DNA from: Oopsacas minuta
Taxonomy: Eukaryota > Animalia > Porifera
Assembly (NCBI GenBank): GCA_024704765.1
Contig: JAKMXF010000359.1
Span: 69,381 to 133,380 of the forward strand
DNA length: 64,000 bases
Direction: 5' to 3'
The position numbers and the translations under genes are program-made. Numbering within the stretch: position 1 is the first letter of the stretch; every line of letters starts with the position of its first letter. Below are positions 13,345 to 26,033 of the stretch, one piece after another. Under the pieces are notes generated by a model. The model had not been told where the DNA came from and did no database searches. It saw only the letters and a list, made by a program, of their open reading frames with translations.

Positions 13345-13840
13345 ACTTCACACTCAAATGATCTTCAACCGTCTCTATAGAAAATATACAAATTTGTCAT
13401 GATAATTTTCGCACATTTATGAGTTATCGCGCAGACCATGGATGTTACATGTTTTGCCAATGTCAATTATAACTCGATAATCTTTCAAATTACGGTAAAA
13501 TCAGGATAGCCATTTTATGGTATACCCTCAATTTCCCATACCCTTGTGATAAATTTTGATATGATATCTCTTACCAATATGATGTAATCATGGATATGCC
13601 CGTGTATGGGCATCTTTGATATAGCCCAATAATCTTGAGATATCATATTAAATTATATCACAAGGGTATGGGAAGTTGGATGTATTCTATAAAATAGCTA
13701 TCTCGATTTGACTATAATTTCCACAATTATCGAGGCAAAATATGTGACATTCATGGTCTGTGCGATTAACCCGAATTGTGCGAAATTTATCATGACAAAT
13801 ATATATATTTTGTATAAAGAGGTTTAGATCATTTGGTATT
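13345..13840. repeat. Palindromic MITE-like unit 'Z' within the right arm of the MULE-like element
   Basis: Arms such as cccatacccttgtgata / tatcacaagggtatggga and atttgtcatgataa / ttatcatgacaaat; diverged relative at 38965-39350 plus 42762-42900. Confidence 0.75.
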
Positions 13841-15059
13841 TCAACATTTTGACTATAGATGAATAATTAATGTTCTACATGGTTTCAAAGATGGAGCAGT
13901 TTTTAATAATTATTTGCCAATTACGCTAACAAATCACATCACTTCTATCTGAAAAATTTCACCAATGTGGCTTTTGTGAATTCTTGCATATCAATAATAC
14001 GTTTATTCGGGTGAAAATGTGCCAGTTTCTCATTATCAGCGAATATAGAATTTCAAATCAAAGTTTACCCACTTCCTCTTTTTACTTGTCCAAAGTAGTG
14101 ATCAGGTCTTATCTTTAGTAGGCTATGACTTAATGTTTTGTTTATTATGGATCAATGATACAATTATTCGGGGAAAATACACCGTTTTGATATTATCAAA
14201 TAAATCTACTCGACTATATAAATATATTAGATATTTTATCCCTAGTCCAAAAAAATATTAAGCGGTCCATCGCCTTATGTATAGAATGCTATGGTTCTAT
14301 CTATAGCTGGAATATGTGTTGCTGTATTTCTTAGAGATTCTTGTCCCCGGGAAAGTGAAGCAGAATTATCACTTCCCTGGATTTCCCGTAAACCATGGAT
14401 GGTTTTGGATGCGACTTGTGACCAGATAAATGTCACTGACGAATTTATAATTTACTCTCAAAATTAGATCTGAATAATAGTGTAGGGTGTTTTGTCATGA
14501 TGTTGAGATAGAAATTTTGAAGTATCAATTAATTTGGTCATCATTTGAGTACTTCAATTTTTAATACAATAGAATCCCGCTTGATTATCTTCCACAATTT
14601 ATGATTTTTAGGGTAGATTCGACCGAAGCGAGACTAAAATTTGAGGGCCAATATTTTAGTGGATGGACATAGATTTCTAATTCCACTTTGATTTCCTATC
14701 ATTAAACATTATCAATTATCCTGGTGGAGGATATTTCCCCTATCTCCACTGCCGATGGCCACAAATCCTCCAATGAGGCGATAATGTGCTAAATGACTCA
14801 CTAAATAAGGTTGACTGTATAACTATAGTAGTTAAACAGTCAACAACCAGTACCTTGAACCTCAGGGGAAATCAAATCCATTCGAGTTTAAGGATTTAAG
14901 AAAATTTCATCATAAAATATCGAAGAATATCGTTTATAATTGGACGATAAATATCCAATAGATAATAAATATTGTCAACAATCCAATTGACGATTTAATT
15001 AATATGAAATGTGCCTATCGTCAATCCATAATTGTCTCAATTGGATTGAATTAGCATCA

Positions 15060-15232
15060 AGGGTTTCAACTCTCACGATCTGGTCATGAGTTTCACGATT
15101 TGGGTCTACTAATACTGCTGAATCCCTCGGTCTTTTCAATAGAAAATAATACTAAATTTCCTATCTCACGATAGAATCATGTGATTTTTGACGAATCTCA
15201 CGATTTTGGAGGTTTCCAGGTTAAGAGACCTG
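15060..15232. mobile_element. Small hAT-type MITE ~410 bp upstream of the G-alpha start codon
   Basis: Flanks tagcatca / tagcatcc (7/8 TSD), imperfect agggtttcaact / ggttaagagacctg ends, four internal tcacgat motifs. Confidence 0.5.
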
Positions 15233-15648
15233 TAGCATCCCTAGAATCCAAGGGTATAAGTATTTTTTCGATCCAGTATTGATTCTTGATTGACGTAGTG
15301 CTGATGGCCATTGCATGACAGTTACAAAGTGTTTGTTGTATAGTCACGTACTATAAGTTGCGATTTAGGAAGCGAAGCTTTCTAATTATGCTGTAGAGCA
15401 TTTTCAATTTTCCAACAAGTTTGTGTAATTTATGGATGTAGTATTTTATCTAGGAAAAATCGCCTTTTCTCCATTTTACACCTGCCTAAGATTTAGTATT
15501 ATTATTTCTTCATTTCAAATTAGAATATTATTTGATTAGCTTGTTTGCAAAATTTGTGTATCATATTTATCTTTTCAAAATCTTAGCGAATTGTATATTT
15601 ACAGTTTGGTTTAATTTGTAATACTGATGTATATATTGCTTTTATCCG

Positions 15649-15772
15649 ATGAATAAGTGCTGCATTAATGATCCGGATAAACGAGCTATTCAAGCAATAT
15701 CAAAACAAATTGATAAAGATATGAAGAATTCTAAGAGGAGATTGAAGACTGAAAAGAAATTGTTATTATTGG
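15649..15772 (+). CDS. GNAQ-like: G-alpha exon 1: MNKCCINDPDKRAIQAISKQIDKDMKNSKRRLKTEKKLLLL-G
   Basis: N-terminal CC palmitoylation motif, alphaN helix, KLLLL; phase-1 donor G|GTTTGT joins in frame to exon 2. Confidence 0.88.
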
Positions 15773-16843
15773 GTTTGTTGGAGTATATTTCGTAAATTTC
15801 GTTATAATTGTTTATGGAATGCTTTCCAAAACTGAGCTTTTGATAATTACCACTTGTTGATATACATAGTGCCTGCTAGCATGAATCTTTGATACTTTTG
15901 AGGACTCAGAATGTAGAGATTAGGAATTTTAGTCCCATCACATGTTTCCAATCCTAGAATATTGGGATTGTGGTCTTGTTCAATACTGGAATCCTTTGAT
16001 TGTAGATTAGTATTTACCTTCTCTTTTTGCATATTATTATTTGTTTTTAGTAATCGAAATTTTCGGAATCCCATATGTGGAATAGATAGCACATTTGAAT
16101 GAAAGGAACCTTTACTTATTTAGTCATAACTTAAGTAACTATTGCTTTGTTCGCTGAATATTGTAAAGCCATAGCATTCTATATAATAAGATACGATGAC
16201 TAGATGGCTTTTATCGAAAACCTGGACAAATTTTGATTTTTATTACTTAAAACTGGACATTCCTGGACAAATACGATTCTAACCATGGGCAAAATATTTA
16301 ACAGCAATAAACTTGTTGGAAATCGCAGATTATGAACATAGAGACTTAAATTGCTCTATCCACATACTGATATGAAATTTTATTTTGTTGAAATAGAAAT
16401 TATGAAGTATCTATTAATCTTGGTCACCTTTTGAGTACTTAATCTATAAGAAGGTGCTTCGTTTGCTCTCGTTGCATTGCTGCGAAGATTCTATGCTCCG
16501 TGCCTCGAATTTTATATTCAAAGAACAACAATTAGCTATATATAAGTACTTTTGAATCTGAAAATCTCTAATTAGCCTACTCGATTACCCCCTGTATTCC
16601 CGTTGAAACCAAGTTCTGATACTATTTAGAATGTTTACTTTATCACCTAAACGACATCAAATATTCAGTACATTTTTCCGACAACATCATAATTGGAATT
16701 AGCATACTGGAGTATGACAGATTTGCTACCATGACAGTTTTACTACCTCTATTACTGGTACCATGGATACTCCATATCCATGACGGAGTTACTACCTTAC
16801 ATGACAGAATTATTACCCTTTGATCATGACATGAAATCGTATA

Positions 16844-17106
16844 ACTCCACTCTTAGTTCTTATCACATTGATGATGATGAATTTTCAATGGTTTCTTTGT
16901 TCCTGCTCTAGAGTTATATTAATGGCAATATGTCTACTAACGAACTCAGTCCAATTTCTTTATAAAAATAGGTGAAAGAAAACAGTTCATGTGAAAATGT
17001 AAAATTATCTTGCTTATGCCTAGTTATGTAATATAACTCTAGAGCAGAAACAAAGAAACCATTGAAAATGCATTATTATCACTCTGATAAGAACTAAGAG
17101 TGGAGT
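16844..17106. repeat. Inner palindrome (~80-bp arms) in the left arm of the foldback
   Basis: actccactcttagttcttatca...ctctagagttatatt / aatataactctagag...tgataagaactaagagtggagt; no clear TSD. Confidence 0.8.
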
Positions 17107-17996
17107 CGGGCTACTATATACACGGCTAGCTAAGCAAGTAGTTGCCAATTTATTTCCAGGCCATTGATTATATTCTCTTTGATCTTGAAGAATTGCAGTA
17201 TCATTACAAATTCAACTGTAAATAGGATTCCACATACGGCGGAGACATCTAGAATACTTTTTTCCTCCTTTCCGAGTTATTTTAACCACAACGACGCAAT
17301 CAGAGTTCACCTTCAATAATGGAATTTATTTTACTAATAAATACCAATATTGTGGAGAAACACATAAACCCATGAAGTGAATCATGATTCGTTTAAACTT
17401 AGCACAATAACACAATTCAAAGACTGTTAAATAAACTTATAAAAATGGTTAACAATTATGACATATTTTGCGTTCGCTTACATTTTTTGATGGAATTTCT
17501 TCGATTTTCTAGGATTGACATGTTAATGCTGTTTTCACTGCGAATGTAACCAAAATGATTATTTAGCGAGTGGTTATGAAAATGAAGATCATCTTTTGGT
17601 TACTTAAACTAACATTTAACAAGTAGAAGGTATTTTGACAAATGGATTAGTCTAAGTTTTGAGAGATTCTGAAAAAAATTGATAAAAATGAAAAAATTAC
17701 TATATATGGGCATGAATTTTGGTTACGTCATTGTGGTTAAAGTAACTTTGCAAGCAGGTTCAAAATATTCTAGATGTCTCCACCCTATGTGGACTCCAAT
17801 TTACAGTTGAATTTGTAATGATAACTGTAATCCTTCATGATCAAACAGAATAGAATCAATACCTTGGTTGTTATTTTGGCAATTCTTTGCTTAGCTAGCC
17901 GTGTTTATAGTGGGCTATGATAGAGTATGCGATTTCATATCATGATCAAAGCGAAATAATTCTGTCATGTAAGGTAGAAACTCTGTCATGGATATA

Positions 17997-19319
17997 ACGG
18001 GGTGCTACTAAAAATCCGGACAACTTCACGAGTGTCAGATAATATCAATTGTTATGTCACCATATGTTTATATTGTTTGATATTTAAGTATACACTACTT
18101 GACAACTTTTAATTAGAAATTATTATTGAGACTGGTGTACTTCGCAAAATGGAGACCCTTTCAAAGAAGCAGAGAAGAGACATTGTTGTACAATTCTATA
18201 AGGAGTACTCCGATAGGGGTAAGTGTTTCACCATTGACCATTTTATGAAGATGAAAATGAGGAGGAGTACATTATATGATATCTTGAGAAGTTATGAGAG
18301 AAGGAAAACAACAGAAAGGAAAGGGAGAGTGGAAGAACCGCACAGAAACTGCCTGTATTGAAGAGGAGACGGTTGAAACAGGCTGCCAATAACAAGAAGA
18401 GGGTCAGTCACAGAAAACTGCCTGCGAAGTTCAATGTAAACAGTTCTTATGTAGGAAAGGTTCTCAGAAGTCAGAATGTAAAGTATTTCCTGAGACAGAA
18501 GTGCCCAGATTCAACTCCAGAACAACAAACACGACAGATAAAGTGCCACAGGTCCATGAATCGGAAACTCTGTCCACCAAATTCAGATGTAGTGATCATT
18601 TGGAGGACGAGTCGTATTTCCCTCTCAAACATGATGAAATGCCCGGAAATGATGGTTTTTACTCAGATAACAAGAAGAATACCCCATTCAGTGTAAAATA
18701 CAAAACGAAACAAAAGTTTGCTCCAAAGGTCATGATCTGGCTCACAATCAGCGAACGGGGCCACTCCGACGTCTATGTGAAGCCATCAGGTTTGGGTATT
18801 AATAGTGGAGTATATATTTATGAATGTATTCGTGCAAGATTGGTTCCTTTTATCAATCAATTGCACAAGGACGACGAAATCTTGTTTTGGCCAGATCTAG
18901 CAAGCTCCCATTTCTCTATAGCGACTAGAGCTTGCTACAAAGAGATCAGAATTAATGTTGTCCCCAAAGAAATGAACCCTCCCAACGTCCCCCAACTACG
19001 GACTATTGAAAATTTTTGGGGAATTCCTAAAGCAGAGGTCTATAAGGGTGCCTGGGAGGCCAAAAGCGTCGCTCAATTGGTTAATAGAATAAAAAAATGT
19101 CTAGCTGAAATGGACTGGACATCTGTCCAGGCAATGATCCGAACTTGTAAAACAAACATCAGAAAGGCAGCAGACAAAACACCTCTCGTAATGTTATAAT
19201 TGCCACTATATGAACTTTTGACTATGAATAGAGTATATACAAAAGCCGAATGAATAGGCCACAATATTGTCCATTCAAGTCCTGATCAAAACCATTCCGG
19301 ATTTTTAGTAGCACCCCGT
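17997..19319 (+). mobile_element. DD37E (ITmD37E-type) element F, frameshifted
   Basis: 24-bp TIR acggggtgctactaaaaatccgga, TA TSD; fragments 18149-19199; WPDLASSH...NPPNVPQLRTIE gives D37E spacing. Confidence 0.9.
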
Positions 19320-19324
19320 TAGGG

Positions 19325-19840
19325 CAGCGTTTCTCAACGTGGGCGATATCGCCCACATGGGGACGATACAAAACTCTAGAGGGCAACGAACGATTGTTTA
19401 ATTCAGCACAGGTTGCAGCTGAATTATTTGACCAAAATAATTATGTAATTGTAATTGTAATTGAAAAACACAAATCCATATAATTGCTGATTAATACCCT
19501 GCTCTATTGGCCACCGCGAAAATGATGATACCTCGTGGAGAAGGGTTTCTCAGCCGTTGTTGAACATCTCACAAAGAAGAGGAATAGGCTGGAGATAACC
19601 AAACGCAGTCACCTTCGGCCCCTCTTGACCAAATTCCTTCCCGATGTGAAAATCTTGTAACTGGGCACCTGTTCCGACCTTCACATTAAACTTATACAAA
19701 TGAAAAATGTAGTTATATTATGTCTTAGTATTTGGTTATATAATATAATAAATATGCAAACGCGAAGAGGTTAGGGGGGAGGTGAGGGATGGCGCGATCA
19801 TCGAAGTTGGCGACCGACAGAAATAGGTTGAGAAACGCTG
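19325..19840. mobile_element. hAT (Charlie-like) MITE
   Basis: TIR cagcgtttctcaac / gttgagaaacgctg; 8-bp TSD atataggg (restored after removing element F) / atatagag. Confidence 0.85.
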
Positions 19841-21216
19841 ATATAGAGTATCCATGGCACCAGTAATAGAGGTAGTAAAACTGTCACAGTAGTAAATCTG
19901 TCGTACAACCGTACTCACCTATTACCCTTATATAGGGTACTTGTACCCCTAATCCTAAGGCCTAGCCGTTGAAAGCAATTTCCTGGTACTATTTAGAAAT
20001 TGTTTTCTTACTATTCGTAAATTATATAATAATAAATCTCGATTGCTGTCTGTCTGTCTCTTTGTCCGTTGTCAAGGAAAGGATTTGATGTATGCAATTT
20101 TGAAATTGTCCCATAACTATGTATTTATCGTGTTTATCATGGAACTAAATCGAATTCAGTAAAACTTCACTAATATATCGTACATTCTGAATCCGATTCA
20201 CTTTTGGATTGATCATTTTTCAATTTATTGTTGTTATGAATATAAAGTAAACAAATTAGCAAAATCATAAAATTTACGTAGACACTTGCTCTCAGCGGCT
20301 ACAAAGGGGGTTTATCTTAAAATATAATTCGATCATGTATATCCCATATATGCATATTAGTCTGATATATCTATATTATAATACTCAAAGGGGATGTCAA
20401 TTTGAAGAATAATGGATATCTCGAGGCGCGTCGAGTTCATCGCAAAGCGACGAGCCCAAATGCTCGTTAAACAATAATTCTCATAAGATAAGTTGAACCT
20501 GCGATAGTCAGATTCAGCGTATTTAATTACCCATATACCTGTTGTGTGCAAGTCTCTATTTTTCTGGAAATTTACGTTATCACAGTGATTCATAACGAAA
20601 TACACACTTTTGGGACATTAACATGGGTAGATATCATATTTCCCATTCTTTTCATTCCAAAAACTAGCTATATTCAACTTGATCTTGAAAGAATTTCACG
20701 GATAGATTTATCCAGAAGTCGACAACTATGGAGTATTCTGAACGAAGAAAAGTTGGCCGTTATGTACTAATTTTAGTTTATGCCATATCTAGCTAAATTA
20801 AATGGGGTATATGGTAAAATAATACCAAATATCAATAATGACAGTACTAGTGTGTTAGCCAAATCAGATGCGAGCGGTGGAGATAAGCCATGTTTCCAAC
20901 TATACTGGCCTAATACAAAGACTTCAAAATATGCACACCTGGTTATATGGTCTTGAACAGCGAATACGTACTTATGTAGAGATGCAGACGGAAATGATGA
21001 AATCTTTTATAGTTGTCTGATTCCAACCATTCGATTAACCGGACACTCTCCCAAAAGTGGGCAACTTTTGTTTTGTTCGCAAGTGCATCAATTATCGAGT
21101 GTCTATTGTAGAATAATTTGCAGAATTTAAAATATTTTGTAAAGTTGTATGACGATTAGGTGTTCCTCGGATTAACTATGATTCGGTTAAGGATGTAGCG
21201 AAGGGCGACAGCTCAG

Positions 21217-21352
21217 TCTATTAAATTCAGTTTGTTAAAAAAGTGGCACTGTTAATTGGAGGCGCTATGAAAGGTTAGGTTTAATCCAATGCACATAGTG
21301 CCCCAATTAATAGTGCCACTATTTAAACAAATTGTTTTTAATAGACCAAGCT
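21217..21352. repeat. Short palindromic MITE-like repeat
   Basis: gtctattaaa...aagtggcactgttaattgg.ggcgctatg / catagtgccccaattaatagtgccact...ttaatagac. Confidence 0.6.
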
Positions 21353-23519
21353 TTCGGCACAGGTTGTATTTTTCTATTTTTTATTATCATTATCAGTTAC
21401 CCATAAATTCTTTTTAGTAAATTTTAAATGATGACGTCATTTTCCCACATTTTGCTGTGTTCTCAAAATTCTAGCAATTTTTTTGAAATCCACATTGTCG
21501 ATTTCCTACCATCCTTCAGACCATTATTTCGCAACAGAGATACAGGCTGCGTCAGTGCCGCTGGCAATTTTTCACGATGGCGCCTGCCTCTCATACTCAG
21601 TATATTGGGTGGCTCATTTAATGACGATCTGCAACATTATGGTATACATTTTTCCTCTTCTATTCATTCATATTGTACGGTAATACGAAAGTATTTGATT
21701 TCTTATGAAATATTCCAAAAATTCTGTTTTGATTTGTCATCTCTGAGTTAAAAAGGAATGATAAATTGGATCCACAAGTATAATTCTAATAGTTATAACC
21801 CAAACGCAAATATCAAACACAACCGCACAAAATTTGCTCCTTCAGTCTTCGTTTTGTATGGTAAACATCCTTATTTGAGCATTGTGGAAATTTGTATATA
21901 ATGTATCGAAATTCGTGATTCATAAACTAATGAAAATTCTAATTATGTAAGAATTTTTTGCGGGCCGCTTAATGTATTGTGGACCCCTGTAGTAGACAAT
22001 CCATTTTAGAAAGTCTATAACAGATTTTCCTCTATTATATTTAATTTTAGAAACTGTTTTCCGTTTTTCATAAGTTTCTCGTTCTCGGGTACATAATTAC
22101 GTATATAGTCTTCTATTAAGTAGACCAAGTATGGTTAAAGTAACTTTCTTCCATCAAAGATATCACTGATTTAATTCGTTCAATTCCACTAACCCGAAAC
22201 ATGTTTTTTGAAACTTAAGTATCATGGACTTATACTCTGAGGCTTTGGCGTACTCTTTTAATGCAGTTCTTGCGGGCAACAGTTTATAGAGAATCAAGCA
22301 AAAAATAGGAACTTCCATGAGTTGTAATATAATTGCATACAAATTCCTAATTCAAACGCTGATATTAATATCAACAATAATTAAATAGAGAGAATCCAGA
22401 CTTCATCTAGAGCTAGCCTACCCCGCACCCTGGATGTTCATATATTCAATTACCCGCACCCTAGTTTATTAAGAACATGGGGATAGCACCTGATGAAGGT
22501 CAGATTTCGCGCACCCTCATGAATAGTTCTAAAAGTCACGCACCTAGATAAAGGCTTGAGAGAATCCCTTAACGCCTGCAAAAACGATTCATAGTCACAA
22601 AGTCTTTTGGCTCAGCAAATATTTATACGTATATCTTGGAGGGAGTAGCGAGTGGACCAAAATTTAGAATGCGGCCTCTTTTGAGTATTACCCAGGAGAA
22701 AATTCGACTGTACAGGGCTTGTATTGCGCTGTTACCAGGTATATGATTGACAAAGGTTTGTAGGTGCGAACTGTGTGAAAATACTGATTTAAGCTGATTA
22801 AAGTATATATTTATATATCAGAAATTGACCAACATCTAATGTTATGATTTGGCCAACAGCCGTCTAGAGAAATCTTGGAGGTTTATAGCCCACACGAAGA
22901 CCTTATGTGGCGACGACCCTCTAAATAGCCTATAAACCATTAATAACCAGATTTTTTTACTACAAGTTACCTCAGGAAGTAGCCATAGGTATATCTGATT
23001 TATATGATATCTCCATTTATTTCACGTATATAACAAGATTAATTGAATTATTTCGGAGAAAACCATATGCACATCATCATCGTGCTCGCCAGTATACTAC
23101 GAGATTTGTGAATTTCGCTTGGCGCAACTGCAACCTCATAAAGATAAATTCAGCCTCTTACCCCTATCAGTGGCCGCGGGGTAGGCCTTACCACCGTGAA
23201 GCATATAGCATTTTCTGAATGTGGTCTAAATAGGTGAAGATCATTGTGCTCTAGAGTAAGAAATGTCTTTCTATGGGAATTTTAGGTATCACCAGATATA
23301 TTATAGTATTTAGACCTTTTTTGTCAATATGGATTACTCATATTTCCGTTTGGAGAATTTAACGACATCACTCTTGTCTCGAATTTACAGTGTTCTTCAG
23401 AATGAGTTTGCTATAAGCGTGTTCCATTGTATATAGTTTGTTCATTCAGTATAAGTTGGATATATAATGTGTCCCCTTTTGCTATACCATTATTCAGCGA
23501 AAAAAGAGCTTATAGTGTA

Positions 23520-24832
23520 CAGGGTGACAATTAAGTTCTGATCCACGAATATACTCTGTTTATTCCTAAACTAGTTATTCTTTCAATCCAAATTTTCACT
23601 GACAGTTAAAGCATATTATAATAAATCTTCCTATCCAATTCTATTCGATATAACCGCCTTTTGCCTTTACTACAGCTTTAAGTCGTCCTTGAAACCATTG
23701 GACAGATTTACGGAGTTCTTCTTACGGAATTTTCTCCCATTCTATAATCAAAGCCTCCCGTAGAGATTCCAAATTTCCATGCGGAGTAGCGCAGGCTCTG
23801 CTCTGTAAAGTCCCCCAGATGGAATAGTCAAGTGGATTCAAATCCGGACTTGAAGGAGGCCATTCTTCCCTTGGACAAAAAGTCAATATTTTCCCCTAAA
23901 AGCCAGGATTGAGTTGCTTTCGAGGCATGCGCTGGCGCAGAGTCCTGCTGGAAAATCTAGGGTGTGTTTTTGAACAAGGATGAACCAGCAGATTTGATTA
24001 CAGGCTCAAGAATAAACTCTCTTTATATGTTTGCGAGTTAATTTTGACCCCTTGTGGGACAAAAATCAATTTTGTCCGAGAATCTGCTGACACCCCAGCC
24101 CAGACCATCACAGAAAGCGGTCTTTGCACTCGATCGATGAATTTAATGCTCTCAGGGATGTCTTTGCATGGCGACACAATCATTCTATCATTTTGACGGT
24201 TAGTTGCTTCATCTACCGTGAAAATCTTCTCGTCCGAAAACAATATCTGTTCAGAATCTTCATTTATGAGGCGCCACAGAAGCCTTTTGCACCTTTCAAG
24301 TCTTTTTATCCGAAGAGTGGGAGTGAGATGATGAACTGTTTGCCGTTTGAGTGATTTAAGTCCCAGGTCCTCATGTATCATCTTTCGCAATGTTTCGCGA
24401 TTAACAGGGTATTCCCTTGCCATCTTCCGGATTGACCGCCTGGGATTTCGGCGGATTTTACTGCGGAGTTTTTCCCTTAGTGCTCTCGTACGAACTGTCG
24501 CCGGTCGGCCAGAACGAGGCTTGTCCTCCACACTTTTGGTATCGATATATCGTTTAATAGTACGATAAATGAATAATCTGTTGATCTTTTCGTTTTTCAG
24601 ATTTTTCGAAATCTCGCTCTGTGTGCTCCCGTTCATAAATAATGAGATAATTTTTGACCTCTTTACTTCCATGTTGAAATTTCTGATTTTATGCGTATGT
24701 AGATTTAGATTACTGTTTGAGCATAACAGGAAGACATATATGTTAGAATATAAATGATAGAATTATAATAGAATATATTGGAAGCGTATCAGATCTATTG
24801 GAACTATGCATCAGAACTTAATTGTCACCCTG
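23520..24832 (-). mobile_element. DD37D (maT-type) element C, full length, frameshifted
   Basis: TIR cagggtgacaattaagttctgat, TA TSD; ORF 23998-24672 ends in frameshift (ESLFLSL). Confidence 0.93.
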
Positions 24833-26033
24833 TATTGATGCAACAATGTTAATACACTACGTATCCTGCATTAATATACATAGTTGTCAACTTTTGTGAA
24901 GTTTTTTCTTGAGTTTTTTCAGATGAGTTGTATATATTTAGTTTTGAAGTGAAATGGATGTCTAATAGAGCATTTACCACCATTATTGTGCAATAGTTTT
25001 CATTTTTGTATGTATGAGGGTTTCATTCAAGTATTAAGGGTCATCCGCCTATAACTGAATAGTTAGTATTTTCATATTCCTGGACTATACATTTGTTATA
25101 CGGCATAGGCAGGTTAATAACAAAATTTCTGCACTCCTGTAGGCGCGCGGCATACGCCTGGATAAACCCATTGTATGAATCACTGTGATACCTTCAATTT
25201 CCGCTGAAATTTTAGAGTAATAGTGCAAAAATAAAAGTGATGTTGTGTTCAAATACCTGAGTTTCACTTTATATTCGTGAGATTTGACAACCATGACTAT
25301 ATTGAATCTAATTTGATGATGCATCTAAAATTCCAAATCTCGATGAGTTATGGGTAATAGTTTTGGTCTTGCGTCATAGTATAGGGATCGACCCGCGATC
25401 TTGACCCAATATCCATTGACTCTTTCTCCACACTATGATCAGTTTAAACGTTATTGGAATTGGATCTCTGTCAGCATTGAATATTTTTAGATTTAACTTC
25501 ATACTTCGTATTACAAGACGTATAACTCACATGTTTTTCATAGCATCATGGATAGCGAGTAGATGGCTATATTTTGAAATTAAGGTCCAAACACGTTAAC
25601 TACTTGTGGTATGCCCTTTAAATGTATTTCCAACACGTAATTACGCTACGCGTTTACACACTTGCCTTCTCAAAATTTCTATCTCATCATCTGACTACGT
25701 AATTTCTATTTTGCATAATTTTTTAGTAGGTTTCGCCGCTGTTTTTAGCCTTCTAATGAGTAAGTTAAGTCTTTGATATTTATGTAGTATCATGATACCA
25801 TGTAGTGGTTTCGAATAGTAGAAATTTTGATGGAATGCTGATACAGTCCACTTTTGCTATTCAAATACAAATCAGATTCAGCAATTCTGATATACAGGTG
25901 TGTATTACCCCATTATCAATTTTTCGAATTGATGCAGCCAAATATTTTAGACTTATTCCCATTTTCATTTGTGCCACAAACAGCCAAGTAGCACACCGCT
26001 AGAATATTGGCACAACAATGGAATAGTGTATGA

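Larger units (their letters stand above)
6051..14127 (-). mobile_element. MULE-NOF/foldback-like element with long TIRs, transposase relic and C-terminal OTU-like relic; interrupted by three younger insertions
   Basis: Arms 6051-~6520 and ~13175-14127 are inverted homologs (e.g. ttctgacacctcggtgactaacggtgacgttg vs its reverse complement at 13181-13220; both ends catagcctactaaagataa). Minus-strand fragments LHLDPTRSIV, YYALTV, PLAEMISSAH, EEDFSWAMLH, IHMC, NSIVENCVKIVK. No TSD found. Confidence 0.7.
16715..19903. mobile_element. Foldback element with TA TSD, hosting an inner palindrome, a hAT MITE and a DD37E element
   Basis: Ends TA|tgacagattt ... aaatctgtcg|TA; arm pairs 16715-16845 / 17920-17994+19841-19903 and 17105-17300 / 17710-17920. 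Confidence 0.82.

Noticed and set aside
6040-14140. TSD for the long-TIR MULE-like element
   Set aside because: The flanks atactctgc and acttaatgt do not match, so no TSD is claimed and the superfamily call rests on protein motifs only.
14268-16200. Inverted 15-mers as a composite transposon capturing exon 1
   Set aside because: The termini face outward, away from the exon, so they cannot be the two ends of one element containing it.
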